A DNA stretch of 49,253 nucleotides, filler included, from Catajapyx aquilonaris (taxonomy: Eukaryota): the NCBI GenBank assembly GCA_000934665.2. It is 2 parts of 2 records of this genome, joined end to end, with 100 filler letters (N's around TTAATTAATTAA, not from the genome) between each part and the next. Parts side by side here need not be neighbours in the genome. Positions count along the whole stretch, not along the records: positions 24,672 to 49,253 come from KZ539358.1; 1 more part is not named here. The stretch is one strand, 5' to 3'. A program made the translations under genes and the position numbers. Positions within the stretch are counted from its first letter, which is position 1, and every line of letters begins with the position of its first letter. Of the stretch, positions 25,178-37,040 are shown piece after piece. The notes under the pieces are model-generated. The model saw nothing but the letters and a program-made list of their open reading frames with translations. It was not told where the DNA came from and made no database searches.

Positions 25178-26070
25178 TCATATCGTCCATAATTCCAACA
25201 GCTTGAGCCATGTTTCTACTCAGTTTTTGGTAATCTATGTACTCTGCAGTCCACCTGAAGTTGAGGGCCTCTCCCACGAAGCAAGTAGCAGTTAACGTCG
25301 ATAGCAGGTATGGATGACACTCTTCGCTGCTCAGCTTCTCGTTATAAATTGTGCAAAGGTGTTTCTGTCGAAGTTGCCTGTCGTGTCCTCCAGCAGAATT
25401 GTCCCCAGTTGAGTATTTGCCAAATTGCTGGAATTATCTGATACAGACTTCAATGACGGTTCACCCTCGTTGCAGAAGAACCAGACGGTGGACAGCACCG
25501 AGGTTTGGTTGTCTCGAGAGTGGATGGTGACCTTGAACTTGAGCTTCGATGCTGGTGACTGGAGGAGGAAGTCTTCTTCCTCCGGATCGTCTCTGATCCA
25601 GATGATGAACTTGTCCTTGTTCTTTTTGACGACGACAACTCCTTCCTCTGGTTCCAGTAGTTCTTCCATTGCACTTTCATAATTCTCGAAGCAGGTGGTC
25701 ACCAGGTTCACCACACATTTGGTGACACGGGTTGGCTGGAATGCCACAGGACCACTCTTGGAATCACCAGATCCCACCGACGAGCAATCCCATCTGCTGG
25801 GCTGTGATCCGGTCGATCTGGCCAGCAGGACAGGTCTCCCTGCCATGGACATGTTCGACACCAGGTCATCAAGATGTGCAGGCCAACCCCACCCGAGGTC
25901 ATGGGTCACGGCCAGGGGACACTCCTGGTCCAGCAGATGACTGTTTTTCAGTATATTTCACACAGATTGAGTCACATTATCTTCCGAATTATGGCCAATC
26001 AGATGAATGAAAGCAACCGCACGACTAATATTACAATGACTATCGCACCCGTAGCCAAAATTTGGCAAAA
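25178..26070 (-). pseudogene. Divergent ionotropic receptor copy A (truncated pseudogene)
   Basis: Near-identical to the N-half of copy C. TGG-to-TGA at 25958-25960, 1-bp deletion near 25371, and homology stops after MAQAVGIMDDMT. The 3'-flank homology resumes at ~24960-25050. Confidence 0.88.
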
Positions 26071-26526
26071 CCTGCAATGAGGAAGACAATGGTAATGAAA
26101 AAAATGTAATGAGAAGGCTCGCGGAGTGACAACTCAGAAATAGCGTATAGCTGGTCGTCGTAAGACGGGGTTGAATAATTGAGTGGCATTGACTCAATGG
26201 ACATGAATCGGACATGAGAAAAGTTTTCATAAAACCTCGCGATACACAACATTGTGTGTAAACACTCTGTTGTTGGAGAGCAATGTTCCGTGTTGAGCAG
26301 TAGGAGTAGTGAACACTTTGACCTGACTTGGGTTGCGAGACCGGGACAGTGCCACATGCAGCTGGCCGTGATTGGGAGAAGACGGGTTCATCCAGGGAAA
26401 TGATAACGTGCTTATCTGGCTCTGCTAGTTATTGTTGATCGTCATGGCAAAGGCTGCATGGGATGACATTATGTCAAGGAACATATAAGACTTTTGGATC
26501 CGGATCTAGCAGGCTATGATTAATGC

Positions 26527-26601
<75 letters not shown>
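26527..26601. repeat. (TAA)25 microsatellite
   Basis: Perfect trinucleotide run. Confidence 0.95.
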
Positions 26602-26603
<2 letters not shown>

Positions 26604-26722
26604 GCTGATAATATAGCTGATATGAGCATATTTGAGTGACGCGGCAACATGAGGGATGGAGTTGCTCTTGTGTAGGTGATGCTGTATGGCTTTATGGTAC
26701 CGCAACAATACAGTCATCTGTT

Positions 26723-26992
26723 GGGCGAGACGGTGGTGGAGTGGTTAGCGCCGCACCCTTCCACCTCTAAGGTCCCGAGTTCGATCCCCGGATCGGACAG
26801 AGTATGTTTCTGTGGATAGAGTTTCGATGGGTTCTCTCCGTGTTCGCGTGGGTTTTCTCGGGGGTTCTCCCGTTTCCTCTGAGAAACAGAATCCATCACA
26901 GCGCAGGCAATGATTAAAGTCGGTCAATTAAAAGATGATCCCCTAAAAAGCTCAAGGAGGCCTATCATCACGGGGTATCCATTATCTCCACT
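26723..26992 (+). mobile_element. tRNA-derived SINE with a V-domain-like body
   Basis: A box TGGTGGAGTGG and B box GAGTTCGATCC, followed by GTTCTCTCCGTGTTCGCGTGGGTTTTCTCGGGGGTTCTCCCGTTTCCTC. Possible TSD GTCATCTGTTG at 26713-26723 and 26993-27003. Confidence 0.8.
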
Positions 26993-28299
26993 GTCATCTG
27001 TTGTGGCCCCGCCAGGCAAGGTTCGTCGCCCTGCAGGATATTTTTAGGTAATATTAATTATCAGGTAACTTTTTTCGGAAATTGCGAACAGTGTCTGCAG
27101 TTGTGAGGCTGTTAAACATTACAGTATACTCTCACTTGTCTACACTCAAAAGAAGATCAGCCTTCGGCCTCCAAAAAAAGACAGAATATTCACCCCGAAG
27201 TGTGGGGCAACTAATGGAGGCCATTACACTATGGAGGTATTATAGATTGACCAGCCAATAGGGAGTAGGCGATTGCTAAGGTTAGTAAATACTCAGGCCG
27301 TATTGCTTTCCGATAATTTCGCACAATTTCGTTGCGGTAATGAGCAAACATTGCACGGGAAGTGCCACTGCATTGTTGATGAATGCTTGCTCTTGTCAGA
27401 AGATAATTTGGTGGGGTCAAATGGAAAGGAAACAATCGATATGAAACTAAAAAGATACTGCTGATTATTATTACGTAGGATGCGAGATTTGCGTAGTGCC
27501 AATTTCCTTCTTCAGGAGATCCACTACCGGGATACGTCAAAATCTGGACCTCAATGTTGCAAAGAAATAACTAGAACTTTTAAGAATTTCGTATAGTGCG
27601 ATATGCCATATGAGGTAGCAGCGAGGGTATCATCAACATAACATCTTGTATGTTGCTGCCACAACAGACAGTGAGGCACAATGTGGCCGAATTTATTTTA
27701 CTGACTTCGGTGCTCATTGCTCAATTGCCATATTAGTACCGTACATGCGCCCCTCTCTTCAAACCCTGTAATAACGAATGCACACAACCATCTTGCTTTG
27801 AAACTGTCTTATTCCCAAGAACAGGCATAATATCTCATTTATATTTAAATGTCAAAAATTCATATGCTCCAGAAAGTAAAAGTTTTCCCAAAAATGCACC
27901 AAACTCACAAGTGCATAATAAACTACTAGCAGTGTTCATAACAATGTAAATAATGAATGAAAGGTTGAACCATCAGGAGAAATAACGTCTGGATTCATCT
28001 CACCACTGCAGGAATGAATGTGCTGAAGACATGAAGAAATGAGTTTTCCAGAAAAGCATCCTGCATCTTTTCATCACAACTGTTCTGCTAAGAAGGGTAA
28101 TTTTTGTGACATGCACCTTTATATTTAGAGTTACGGTGTTTGTAAATAAGGAAGATATTATTGCCTGAAACACAGAGGGGGAACTATGGGATGTAGTGCT
28201 ATAAAATTATGAATTAGCATAAGAGTGACAGACACTTGCGGGGTGTTATATCATCATAGTATGTGGAGTTGCATCTGAGGAACAGGAACGTACATACAT

Positions 28300-30291
28300 T
28301 TACTTGTAGAAAGGAAACTCTGGTGTGTGCTTACCGCAGTCGCACAAGAAACAAGAATAAAGGCGGCACTTGGGGGATCCAGAAAGGGCCCGTTGGAACA
28401 GTTCTTTACAGAAGGCGACAATGGCCAGTGAACATCCCAACATCAACATGCAGAAGGCTCCTTGAAGCTTGTCCAGAGAAAACCTGGCCGCCTTCTCCAG
28501 TTCTCCTCCGCCATTTTCCTCGACCACCCTAGCCAGTCGCCATAATTTCACATAGTCGCTGAACCGATCTCTCTTCACCTCGAGGCCAATGCTGTTGTAC
28601 ACTCCTATCCAGAAGCTGAAGTTGTCGGAGTAAACGGTTTCTTTGGCAAAGGCCATACCCATGTATAGGAAGAAAAGTGAATCGTCAGAAATGAATGCCG
28701 TGCCGCCAGTTGTAGCAGCAGCTTTCCCCAAATTATTGTTGAGCCAGAATACATCCGCCAGGCACACTTCGTTTTTTGAGAAAACATCTCTGATGCATTC
28801 CTCTTCTAACTTTATGTTTAGTTTCTCCATGACACCGGGGTATGCTTCGTGGACGTCTGCATCCGTTGACATCAAAAGGTCCTGAACAATAGGCATGGTG
28901 TTTATTCTAAAATCAGAGTTTCTTAGTTCAGGGAAGGTAGAGGGAATGAATTCCTTAGAAGGATGGGCCAGGAAATCAAAGAGCTTGGCTACATAACCTG
29001 TGTTGACGATGATCGTGAAGTAATCCCAAAAAATAAGGGCAATCATGAAGGACACAAATATTCCATACAGGCCCCCTTCACACTGGCCTAGGGTCCCTCG
29101 CACCAATTGTGTAGCACTTCCTACAAGGGAGTGAAATTCCCTGAGGTGGATATCAGGTATAACTTTCCATTTGTACAAAAGGAAAAGAAACGAGGCGTAA
29201 ATGACCAAAGAAAGGAGGAAACAACACCAGGCGACGGGTTCGTAAGGGTACACTATAACCAGAGGGCTGTTGATTACCTTAGGTTTGCGAGCTGCAAATG
29301 TAATTCTGTCCTGATGATAAGCACTGCTAAGGTCGAACACTAGGTATCCAAGTTCCACGTGAGGAAATGCAAGCAGAAATGGAATCCTTCCCATTTTGAT
29401 ATCCTCCAAAATTTCGAGAGCTTGAGCCATGTCTCTACTTAATTTTTGGAAATCTATGTACTCTGCATCCCACCTGAAGTTGAGGGCCTCTCCCACGAAG
29501 CAAGTAGCAGTGAGCGGCCCTTGCAGGTACGGATTGCACTCTTCATTACTCAGTTTCACATTAAAAAGCGTACGGAGGTGTTTCTGTCGAAAGTTTCCGG
29601 CCGTATCTTCCAGTAGAATTGTCCCCAGCTGAGTGTTTGCCCAGTTGCTGGAATTATCTGACACAGACTTCAATGAGGGTTCACCTTCGTCGCAGAAGAA
29701 GCAGACGGTGGACAGCAAGGACTGATTAGATAAGCGTGCTATAGCTATTTTCCCAGTCTAAACCCGCATATTACCACTACTGAGGAGGAAGTCGTCTTCT
29801 TCCGGATCGTCCCTGATCCAGATGATGAATTTGTCCTTGTTCTTTTTGACGATGACAACTCCTTCTTCGGGTTCCAGTAGCTCTTCCATTGCACTTTCAT
29901 AATTCTCGAAGCAGGTGGTCACCAGGTTCACCACACATTTAGCGACACGGGTTGGTTGGAATGCTACCAGATCACTATTGGAATCAGCAGACTCCACCGA
30001 CGAGCAATCCCATCTGCTAGGTTGAGACCCGGTCGATCTGGCCAGCAACACCGGTCTCCCTGCCATGGACATGTTGGACACCAGGTCATCAAGATGTGCA
30101 GGCCAACCCCACCCGAGGTCATGGGTCACGGCCAGGGGAACCTCCTGGTCGAGCAGGTGACTGTCCTTCAGCATATGCCAGACAGAATGAGTCACTTTAT
30201 CTTCCGAATGATGGCCAATCAGGTGAATGAAAGCAACCGCACGACTAATCACAATAATGGTGACGGTAATTAGGATGGCAAAAGGCATCAT
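28300..30291 (-). pseudogene. Divergent ionotropic receptor copy B, full length (664 codons), one in-frame TAG at 29758-29760
   Basis: ORFs 29758-30291 and 28300-29718 are in the same frame. Signal peptide, pre-M1 ITFAARKP..PYEPVAW, M2 YVAKLFDFL.HP and M3 LDKLQGAFCML are present. Intronless. Confidence 0.85.
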
Positions 30292-31044
30292 TTCGAACGT
30301 CTAAGGAACTTCAACGATCTAATGCTGTGCACTGTCTCTCTCCCTCTCCTGCTACTTATACTGACAGTACAGTAGGCCCTACAGTACTAACCATCATTTC
30401 TCCAAGGTCTGACCTTGGTGCTTCCCTTTACTCATGTGGCACTCGTAATATTTACCTGCACTTTCCCAAACCTGGAGATATAACATATACTCAAACGAGT
30501 GTATCGCAAGCAAACATTGTGCAGACAGTGCAGTAAGTGTCGATATTATTATGGATCAGCTATGACATCAGCACACAAGCAGAAACGAATTTATTGACTC
30601 TAACCAGAAAACGTTCCCCTTGGGAGTGGTATAATTAATTTCCTATTTCGCATCAGCTTAGATATCTCCTGTCTTAAAGGGACACTCCACTCAAAATACA
30701 AGTTGGCCCCCAAAAATCGGGCAAAGCAATACGATTCCAACGACACCAATAATTATTTTTTCCGATGAACGATGACCCCAGGGGAACCGGATCATTATGC
30801 GTATTTTGGCGATACGGTTGCAACCGTATGCTACTGTACACGACACCCTCGCCGCCTGGCGGCAGAAATGGGAAATAGGTGAGATTCTGGCTCTGCCCGC
30901 GAATTCAAACCGGAACGTTTTCGAACCGTATGCAACTGTTCACGACACCTGCGCCACCTATCGGCAGGAATTGAAAAATAGGGTGGTCATGCCGAGAATC
31001 CAGGAGGCGAATTCCATGTCAAGCCCGATCTTGCAGCAGCTGAC

Positions 31045-34000
31045 ATGGCGGAGCAAGAAGCACCTGGTAGTGTAGCTTGCACGAGTGATTATTGCGTTGT
31101 ATGTCGTCGCCGACGGAGAACAGGCGACGACATCAGTTTCTTCAAGTTTCCCAGAGGCAAACCGGATTTGATGCAAGCATGGCTAGCATCGCTGAATTTA
31201 CCGGCAACTCATGCACCCAAGCCTACTCATAGGGTGTGTATGGAACACTTTGACAAGCAGGTGATATTTCCTCGTGGACCAGGGCAGAAGAAGCGGTTTC
31301 TAAAGGCCAACGCTGTCCCCATGCTGCCAGTAGGTGCTTTCACGACCAGGCAAGTTCACATTTGGAACATGTCATATCTAAGTGCACCATTTGTTCTCCA
31401 CAGAGAACATCTTTCACACCATCCACAACAGGTTCAGGTGACGATCTGTCAACCTGGACACCGGTAGGTGCTTTCACGACCAGGCAAGTTCACATTTGGA
31501 ACATGTCATATCTAAGTGCACCATTTGTTCTCCACAGAGCACATCTTTCACACCATCCACAACAGGTTCAGGTGACGATCTGTCAACCTGGACACCGGTA
31601 GGTGTCTTAGTTTATTTCCATTATTGCCAGTCAATGTATAGTAGAAGAAGCATGATAAGGTATACGAGGCGAATGGGGTACTTGCAACAACAATAACACC
31701 TATCTCTGTCACATCATATATCCAATTTGATGCATGACATTCACATTGGCTATCACCAGAGGTGATTAGGGAACCCATGCTCACCCTTTTCTGACTAGGA
31801 ACCCATGTTGTCACCCCAGGCTTTGGCATTGTTATTTCCTTCACTTTGCAGAACATGAGAAGAGATAAAACGAGGTTCAGACGTGCTTCTGTGCAATGCA
31901 ATTTATACATCAGGCCCACGAAAAATGCACTCACACAGTGCTTACCTGACAGAAAGGAGCCAGTTAACAAGAGCAGTCAAACAGAATGTCCTCCTCTTTG
32001 CATCTCTAAAGAGGTGCAAACGTGTGCAGGCATTCAGAATGCAGAGGGGCCATTGACATCAACTCCGAAACGCAACAAAGCACCTGACCTAGGTGAGCTA
32101 CCGGTACCAATGTTCATTGCAAGAAGTCCATTTAGGCCTCAGTATTGCTATTACAGCTAACAATAATAAGTTTGCAAACTGATACAATCCCACAAAACCC
32201 TGTGTGATTTTCTCACTCTTGCACCTCATGACATAATAACTAGACAGTAGTCCCTGTATGACAATGTTACTATGGTGTGGGCAAATACTGAAGTGAACCT
32301 TTTCCCTGACGTCACCCACAGGGTGTAGTCTGGATGTCAGCCTCACGCCATTGAGTCATTCTGAACCGTGTGAGGAATCATATCAAATACCGAATGAGTC
32401 TAGCTATTCTGATATGGACTCAATATCTGAAACGTCGACAAAACAGTTCAGCTGCAATAAGGGTCCCTATCATCTTGTTCATGAAGAACAACTAGGACAG
32501 TTATTCTTGAAGTGCCTCCGCTGTGGCGAACCTGTCCAGGAAAAGAGCCAAGCCACACATGGTAGCATGGTGAGAGTCAGCATGGAATGCATCAATGGCC
32601 ATAAGGTCAATTGGGAGAGTGACCAGAAACTCTCCAGTGGACGTTCTCCAGCCTTGGGGAACATACTCCTACCCACCTGCATCGTCTTAAATGGTCTTGC
32701 ATACACCAGGATCCATGAGCTACTGGAAGATATGGCCATTCCCCATCTGAGCGAGACCCACTTCTACAATGTACAGAACCATTACATATATCCTGCACTC
32801 ATCAACAAGTGGGAGAGCCAGCAGCAAATCCTGTTCAATGAACTGAAGGACAATCCCGGTCGCATAATGCTGGCGGGTGATGGAAGATGCGACTCTCCGG
32901 GCCATAGTGCTAAATACTGCACCTACTCCCTCAGTAACCTACACAATCACAAGATCATAGATTTTCAGGTGGTGCAGATAGGACAGGTATGTAGGCTACA
33001 TGTTTTGTGCTGTGTCTTTCTTTGTACCACATTTATGTCAGAAATGATGTAACTTCCAGGAGCAAACAACATCAGCGAACCAGTTGGAAAAAGTGGCTTT
33101 TGAAATTGTCCTCCAAAGGCTTCTTACTGCTGGCATCCCAATTGACACAATTGTAACAGACAGGCATGCACAAATAACTGCCTTAATGAGAAAAAAAATA
33201 TCACTACATCAACCACCAATATGACATCTGGCATGTGGTCAGAAACATTTCAAAACACCTTCTCAAAGCAGCATCCTGACGGTGTAACAGTGAGCTATCA
33301 GAGTGGAGGGAAGCAATCGAGCTGCACCTGTGGTGGTGCTGTCAATATTGCAATGGGGATGCCACAGAGCTCCAGTATGATTGAATAATGGTTTCCTATC
33401 GAAGAAATGAACTATAAGGTTCTCATTCCAGAGAGCGATGGGAGTCCGTGTTGAAGCACATCATCAATGTCCACGAGTGGACAGGCAACAAGCAATTCCA
33501 TCGCTGCTTGCACCCACCCTATGGGGACAGACAACCGAGGTGGTTGAACAAGAACTCCTCAGCATATGCAGCACTTGTCAAGATAGTGCAAGGCGCAGCA
33601 CTGCGGCGTGCACTCCCACACATGACAGGGTATTGTCACACTGGACATTTGGAGGAATACCACAGCCTTCTCACCAAATACTGCCCTAAGAGACAGCATT
33701 TTTCTTTTCAAGGTGTGTTAATTTGATCTTTTGCGACATTGACATGAAATTAAAATACCAGATCTGATGATCAATGGGCCGGTCCACTCCATCCGGGCGA
33801 TAGCTTTATTATGTTGCAAAATTACAATTCCCCATCTTTCATTTCTACTAACAACATTGTAAAGTGGAAAAAATGCTATATACAATAATAAGAGCACATG
33901 TGTCAGTATGTAATATGCCCGACTAGGGGCAACTCCCCCCCCCCNCCCCCCCCCCCCCCCCAATGAGGTATGTACCTAAGGAAAAGGGGTAATAAATAAT

Positions 34001-34415
34001 AATAAAAAATTAGGGCGTGTCGTCACATCAGTTACTCGCTGAGAGAGACAGAGCGAAAAAAAAATTAACATTTCTCTACAACAGACTTATTACCATTGTT
34101 ACAGGCATGGTCTGTCGCAGCATTGTAGCAGCTATGGATCAGAATGCCAATGTTGCCCGTCAGAAAAAAACACTTGCCTCCGGGGAAGTATTGCACAGAC
34201 TGGTGTACAGTAAGATGAAGAAAAGGTGGGTGCCAAAAGCTGTTTATGAGCCAAAATCAAATCAGTTCAGGAGTGATCTCGTTGAAGAAATCATTCATCA
34301 CGATCCAGAATATCCCCACCCTTCATTCCCCGAAATTCCCTGTAATATTGCCCCTGTTCCAAAGCCATCCCTCGAGGAGGTCATGAAGACTAGGTACAGT
34401 CGCTTTCAGAGGTAG
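31045..34415 (+). pseudogene. Kolobok THAP + DDE transposase (~738 aa), disrupted; exons 31045-31329, 31404-31463, 31538-31597, 31852-32092, 32322-32986, 33060-33374, 33432-33712, 34105-34415
   Basis: THAP C2CH domain (CVVC..FFKFP..W..RVCMEHF..AVP) and catalytic-core motifs GDGRCDSPGH, TDRH, YDIWH, HTGHLEEYHS. An extra A in the A8 run 33191-33198 and a TGA at 33277-33279 break the frame. Confidence 0.88.
31330..31602 (+). repeat. 134-bp tandem duplication of a 74-nt intron plus a 60-nt exon
   Basis: GTAGGTG occurs at 31330, 31464 and 31598. The two copies are nearly identical. Confidence 0.92.
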
Positions 34416-34549
34416 CAATTTTAATGTTTCTTTCACATGTTCATACCCCTGTTGGGCTTCTTTGGTGATTGTGATGTATTGTGTGTATGGAATATTTTTT
34501 GGGGGTTCTTGTTATCATTATCACAAAAACTAATTCCCTACGGAATTGT

Positions 34550-35197
34550 AAAAAAAGGAAAGTAAGATCCAAGTAAAGGATAGAAATTACTGAAACAAGA
34601 CTGGGCTGCGTAAGATCTTCAACCTTATGGATAAATGTAACCCAGAGATCTTACTTCCGCATTTTACACAATAATTAGATTTGTATCATGGTGATGATCA
34701 AAGCGTCTTTGTCCATCAGCCATTCCAATGGTAATAAGCCAATCTGTGGACCATTAAACATTCAAGCTACTCAGTAAATCGATGAACAAATTAATTAATT
34801 CAAGGATTATATTTATCATTTATCCTTATTAAATATATTATATTATATATTATATTATGTTACATATTATATTATTATATGTGAATTATTATAATGTGTA
34901 ACATTTAACCTTCCAGCCACTTAGCTAATCGATGAACCAATTAAGAATTTTTTATCGTTTATTCTTATTATCATATTATGATTTTATTTTTATTATATTA
35001 TATTATTATTATAAGCACACCTATACCTTGATGAACAAAGACGCTTTGATCATCACCATGATACAAATCTAATTATTGTGTAAAATGCGGAAGTAAGATC
35101 TCTGGGTTACATTTATCCATAAGGTTGAAGATCTTACGCAGCCCAGTCTTGTTTCAGTAATTTCTATCCGTTACTTGGATCTTACTTTCCTTTTTTT
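34550..35197. repeat. ~170-bp near-perfect inverted repeat around an AT-rich spacer, abutting an N gap
   Basis: About 34550-34718 is the reverse complement of about 35030-35197, with very few mismatches. Confidence 0.88.
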
Positions 35198-37040
35198 NNN
35201 NNNNNNNNNNNNNNNNNNNNNNNNNNNNNNNNNNNNNNNNNNNNNNNNNNNNNNNNNNNNNNNNNNNNNNNNNNNNNNNNNNNNNNNNNNNNNNNNNNNN
35301 NNNNNNNNNNNNNNNNNNNNNNNNNGGGGGGGAGCGCCAAATTAGTAAATGGGAAGGCGAGTGACAAAAGGGCGCCGCAGGCGAAAATTTTTGGGGTTCA
35401 AGGTCACGCCAGCTACTGAGAGATTTGAATGGGCATATGGCTTATTGAAGAATTCCTTTTCTCCCCAACCTCTTCGTGGAGCACTTGGAGAAGCTTCGTG
35501 GAGCACCAAGTGCTCCGCAGAGCACAGTTTGGGAAACTCTGGTATAGAGAGAGGAGCGGATACTTACATCTTGGGCGGGAAGAAGATTTTCTTGGTCGGT
35601 TTTATTAAGTTTCGTACACAGTTGAGAGGAGAGTGGAGATAGAGTTTATGGAGATGTTGAGGTAGTGGCAGGCAGGATTATCAGGAAGTGTTGAGAGTCT
35701 CAACGACTTTTGTCATATAAGTTCTGGACCTAGAAAAGGCATGGTGGGAATTGTCCTGGTACAGAGAGAGGAGCGGATCCTTACCTCTTGGGCGTCTGAA
35801 AGATCTTTTTGGAAGGGGTTAAGGTTCGTACACAATTGAGAATTGAGAGAGATCATTTCTGATTAGTTTTATCTTGTGAAAGATGGCTGCTTATAGTTGG
35901 TTGCTTGGTTAATTTCTTTCCGACCAAATTTCATTATCACAAGTCCCTTCTTCATGACATCTGTCTAAGTTCTCAAATGTATAAGGTGGTTAGAAGTGAT
36001 TATTCGCTACCCGGCTGTACCCAGGACCCACCACGTGGAGGTGGTCGCGTTGTTCCCCACCCAATCACTTTCCCATGTGGACACAAGTCTCCTCAAAATA
36101 CTACTCTAGTACTGCAGGGACAAGAAATAAGATCTTGGCCTCTCTCATCATCCTGGTACATGATGGTGAGAGAAAGGGAAGAAAGTCGGTTATTGGGAGT
36201 GAGAATAACACTAAAGTCATATATCATACAGGCGTCGTATGCCTATGTGGTAAGAGTGGTTGCCGTTCGAATCAGCGGGAGGAGAAAGGGGGCAACACCA
36301 AAGTCTTATACTGATTGGACTACGTATACCGGCAAGGACGAACCGCAGAGGTTTACGAAGCCTGCGTGAATTATAAATGCATTAACTTACCAAAATCAAG
36401 ATAGTTTCAGTTTAGTTAGATTAAGTGGTTGAAGGGTGCAGGAGGACTGATGACACGAAGATTGAATGGAATTCATACGAACATGATAGAGTTATCGTAT
36501 CTGAGACAAATTCAATAATATTTGATGGTTGGCAACAATACAGTCATAATCGAGTCACTCAACTGTTGACCTAAGGAGGATACCATGGAAACTGAATGAA
36601 ATATAATAACAAGTTGAATGAATGAAATGTTTATTTAATAATAATGTAATGAAAATAAGGTAAAGCACATATTTATTTAAGCAGTTAGCGTACGTAATTC
36701 CGCATAAAGTGTAGAGATGATATCTACACAAAATAATATTCTAAATAATGTGTGACTATTGTCACACATGGATTCCAGTTGCACGCATTGCTGCTCATAA
36801 TGAATTATTCACTTATTATTTTATTTCGGCGTTCTATTATGTCCTTCGGTTTTTTTGTGTAGGGGATCGGGCACTGCAGCACGTCGGGCCGGATGCGTGT
36901 TCAAAATATGAAGGCTGTACTTGCAACGGTTTTTGAGATATGCTTGACAGAAAAACTCATCCCAACAACAACAACAACAAGGAAAATTTTCATTGTTGTT
37001 TTTGCACGAGGATCTTACTTATAGGGACTATCGTCCCTAC
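34551..37040. mobile_element. Helentron/HINE-like non-autonomous insertion nested in the Kolobok
   Basis: AAGTAAGATCC near the left end with internal IR GATCTTACTTCC (34647-34658). GGATCTTACTT (~37010-37020) is followed by hairpin TAGGGAC-TATC-GTCCCTA (37022-37039). A (CAA)n tract lies near the right end, both ends abut A runs, and there is no clear TSD. Confidence 0.5.
35460..35541. mobile_element. Right end of a hAT (Charlie-like) MITE; left end probably in the gap
   Basis: Ends GAGCACAGTTTGGGAAACTCTG, followed by GTATAGAG (NTNTANAN-type 8-mer). Confidence 0.45.

Noticed and set aside
26526..26717. Poly-Tyr ORF
   Set aside because: Translation of the (TAA)n microsatellite.
26723..26795. 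tRNA gene
   Set aside because: A and B boxes are present, but there is no convincing acceptor stem or oligo-T terminator, and the sequence runs into a SINE body.
29716..29781. New intron rescuing IR-B
   Set aside because: GT-AG pairs of 53-59 nt shift the frame. Frame-preserving pairs are only 30-42 nt, shorter than any intron seen here (54 nt or more).
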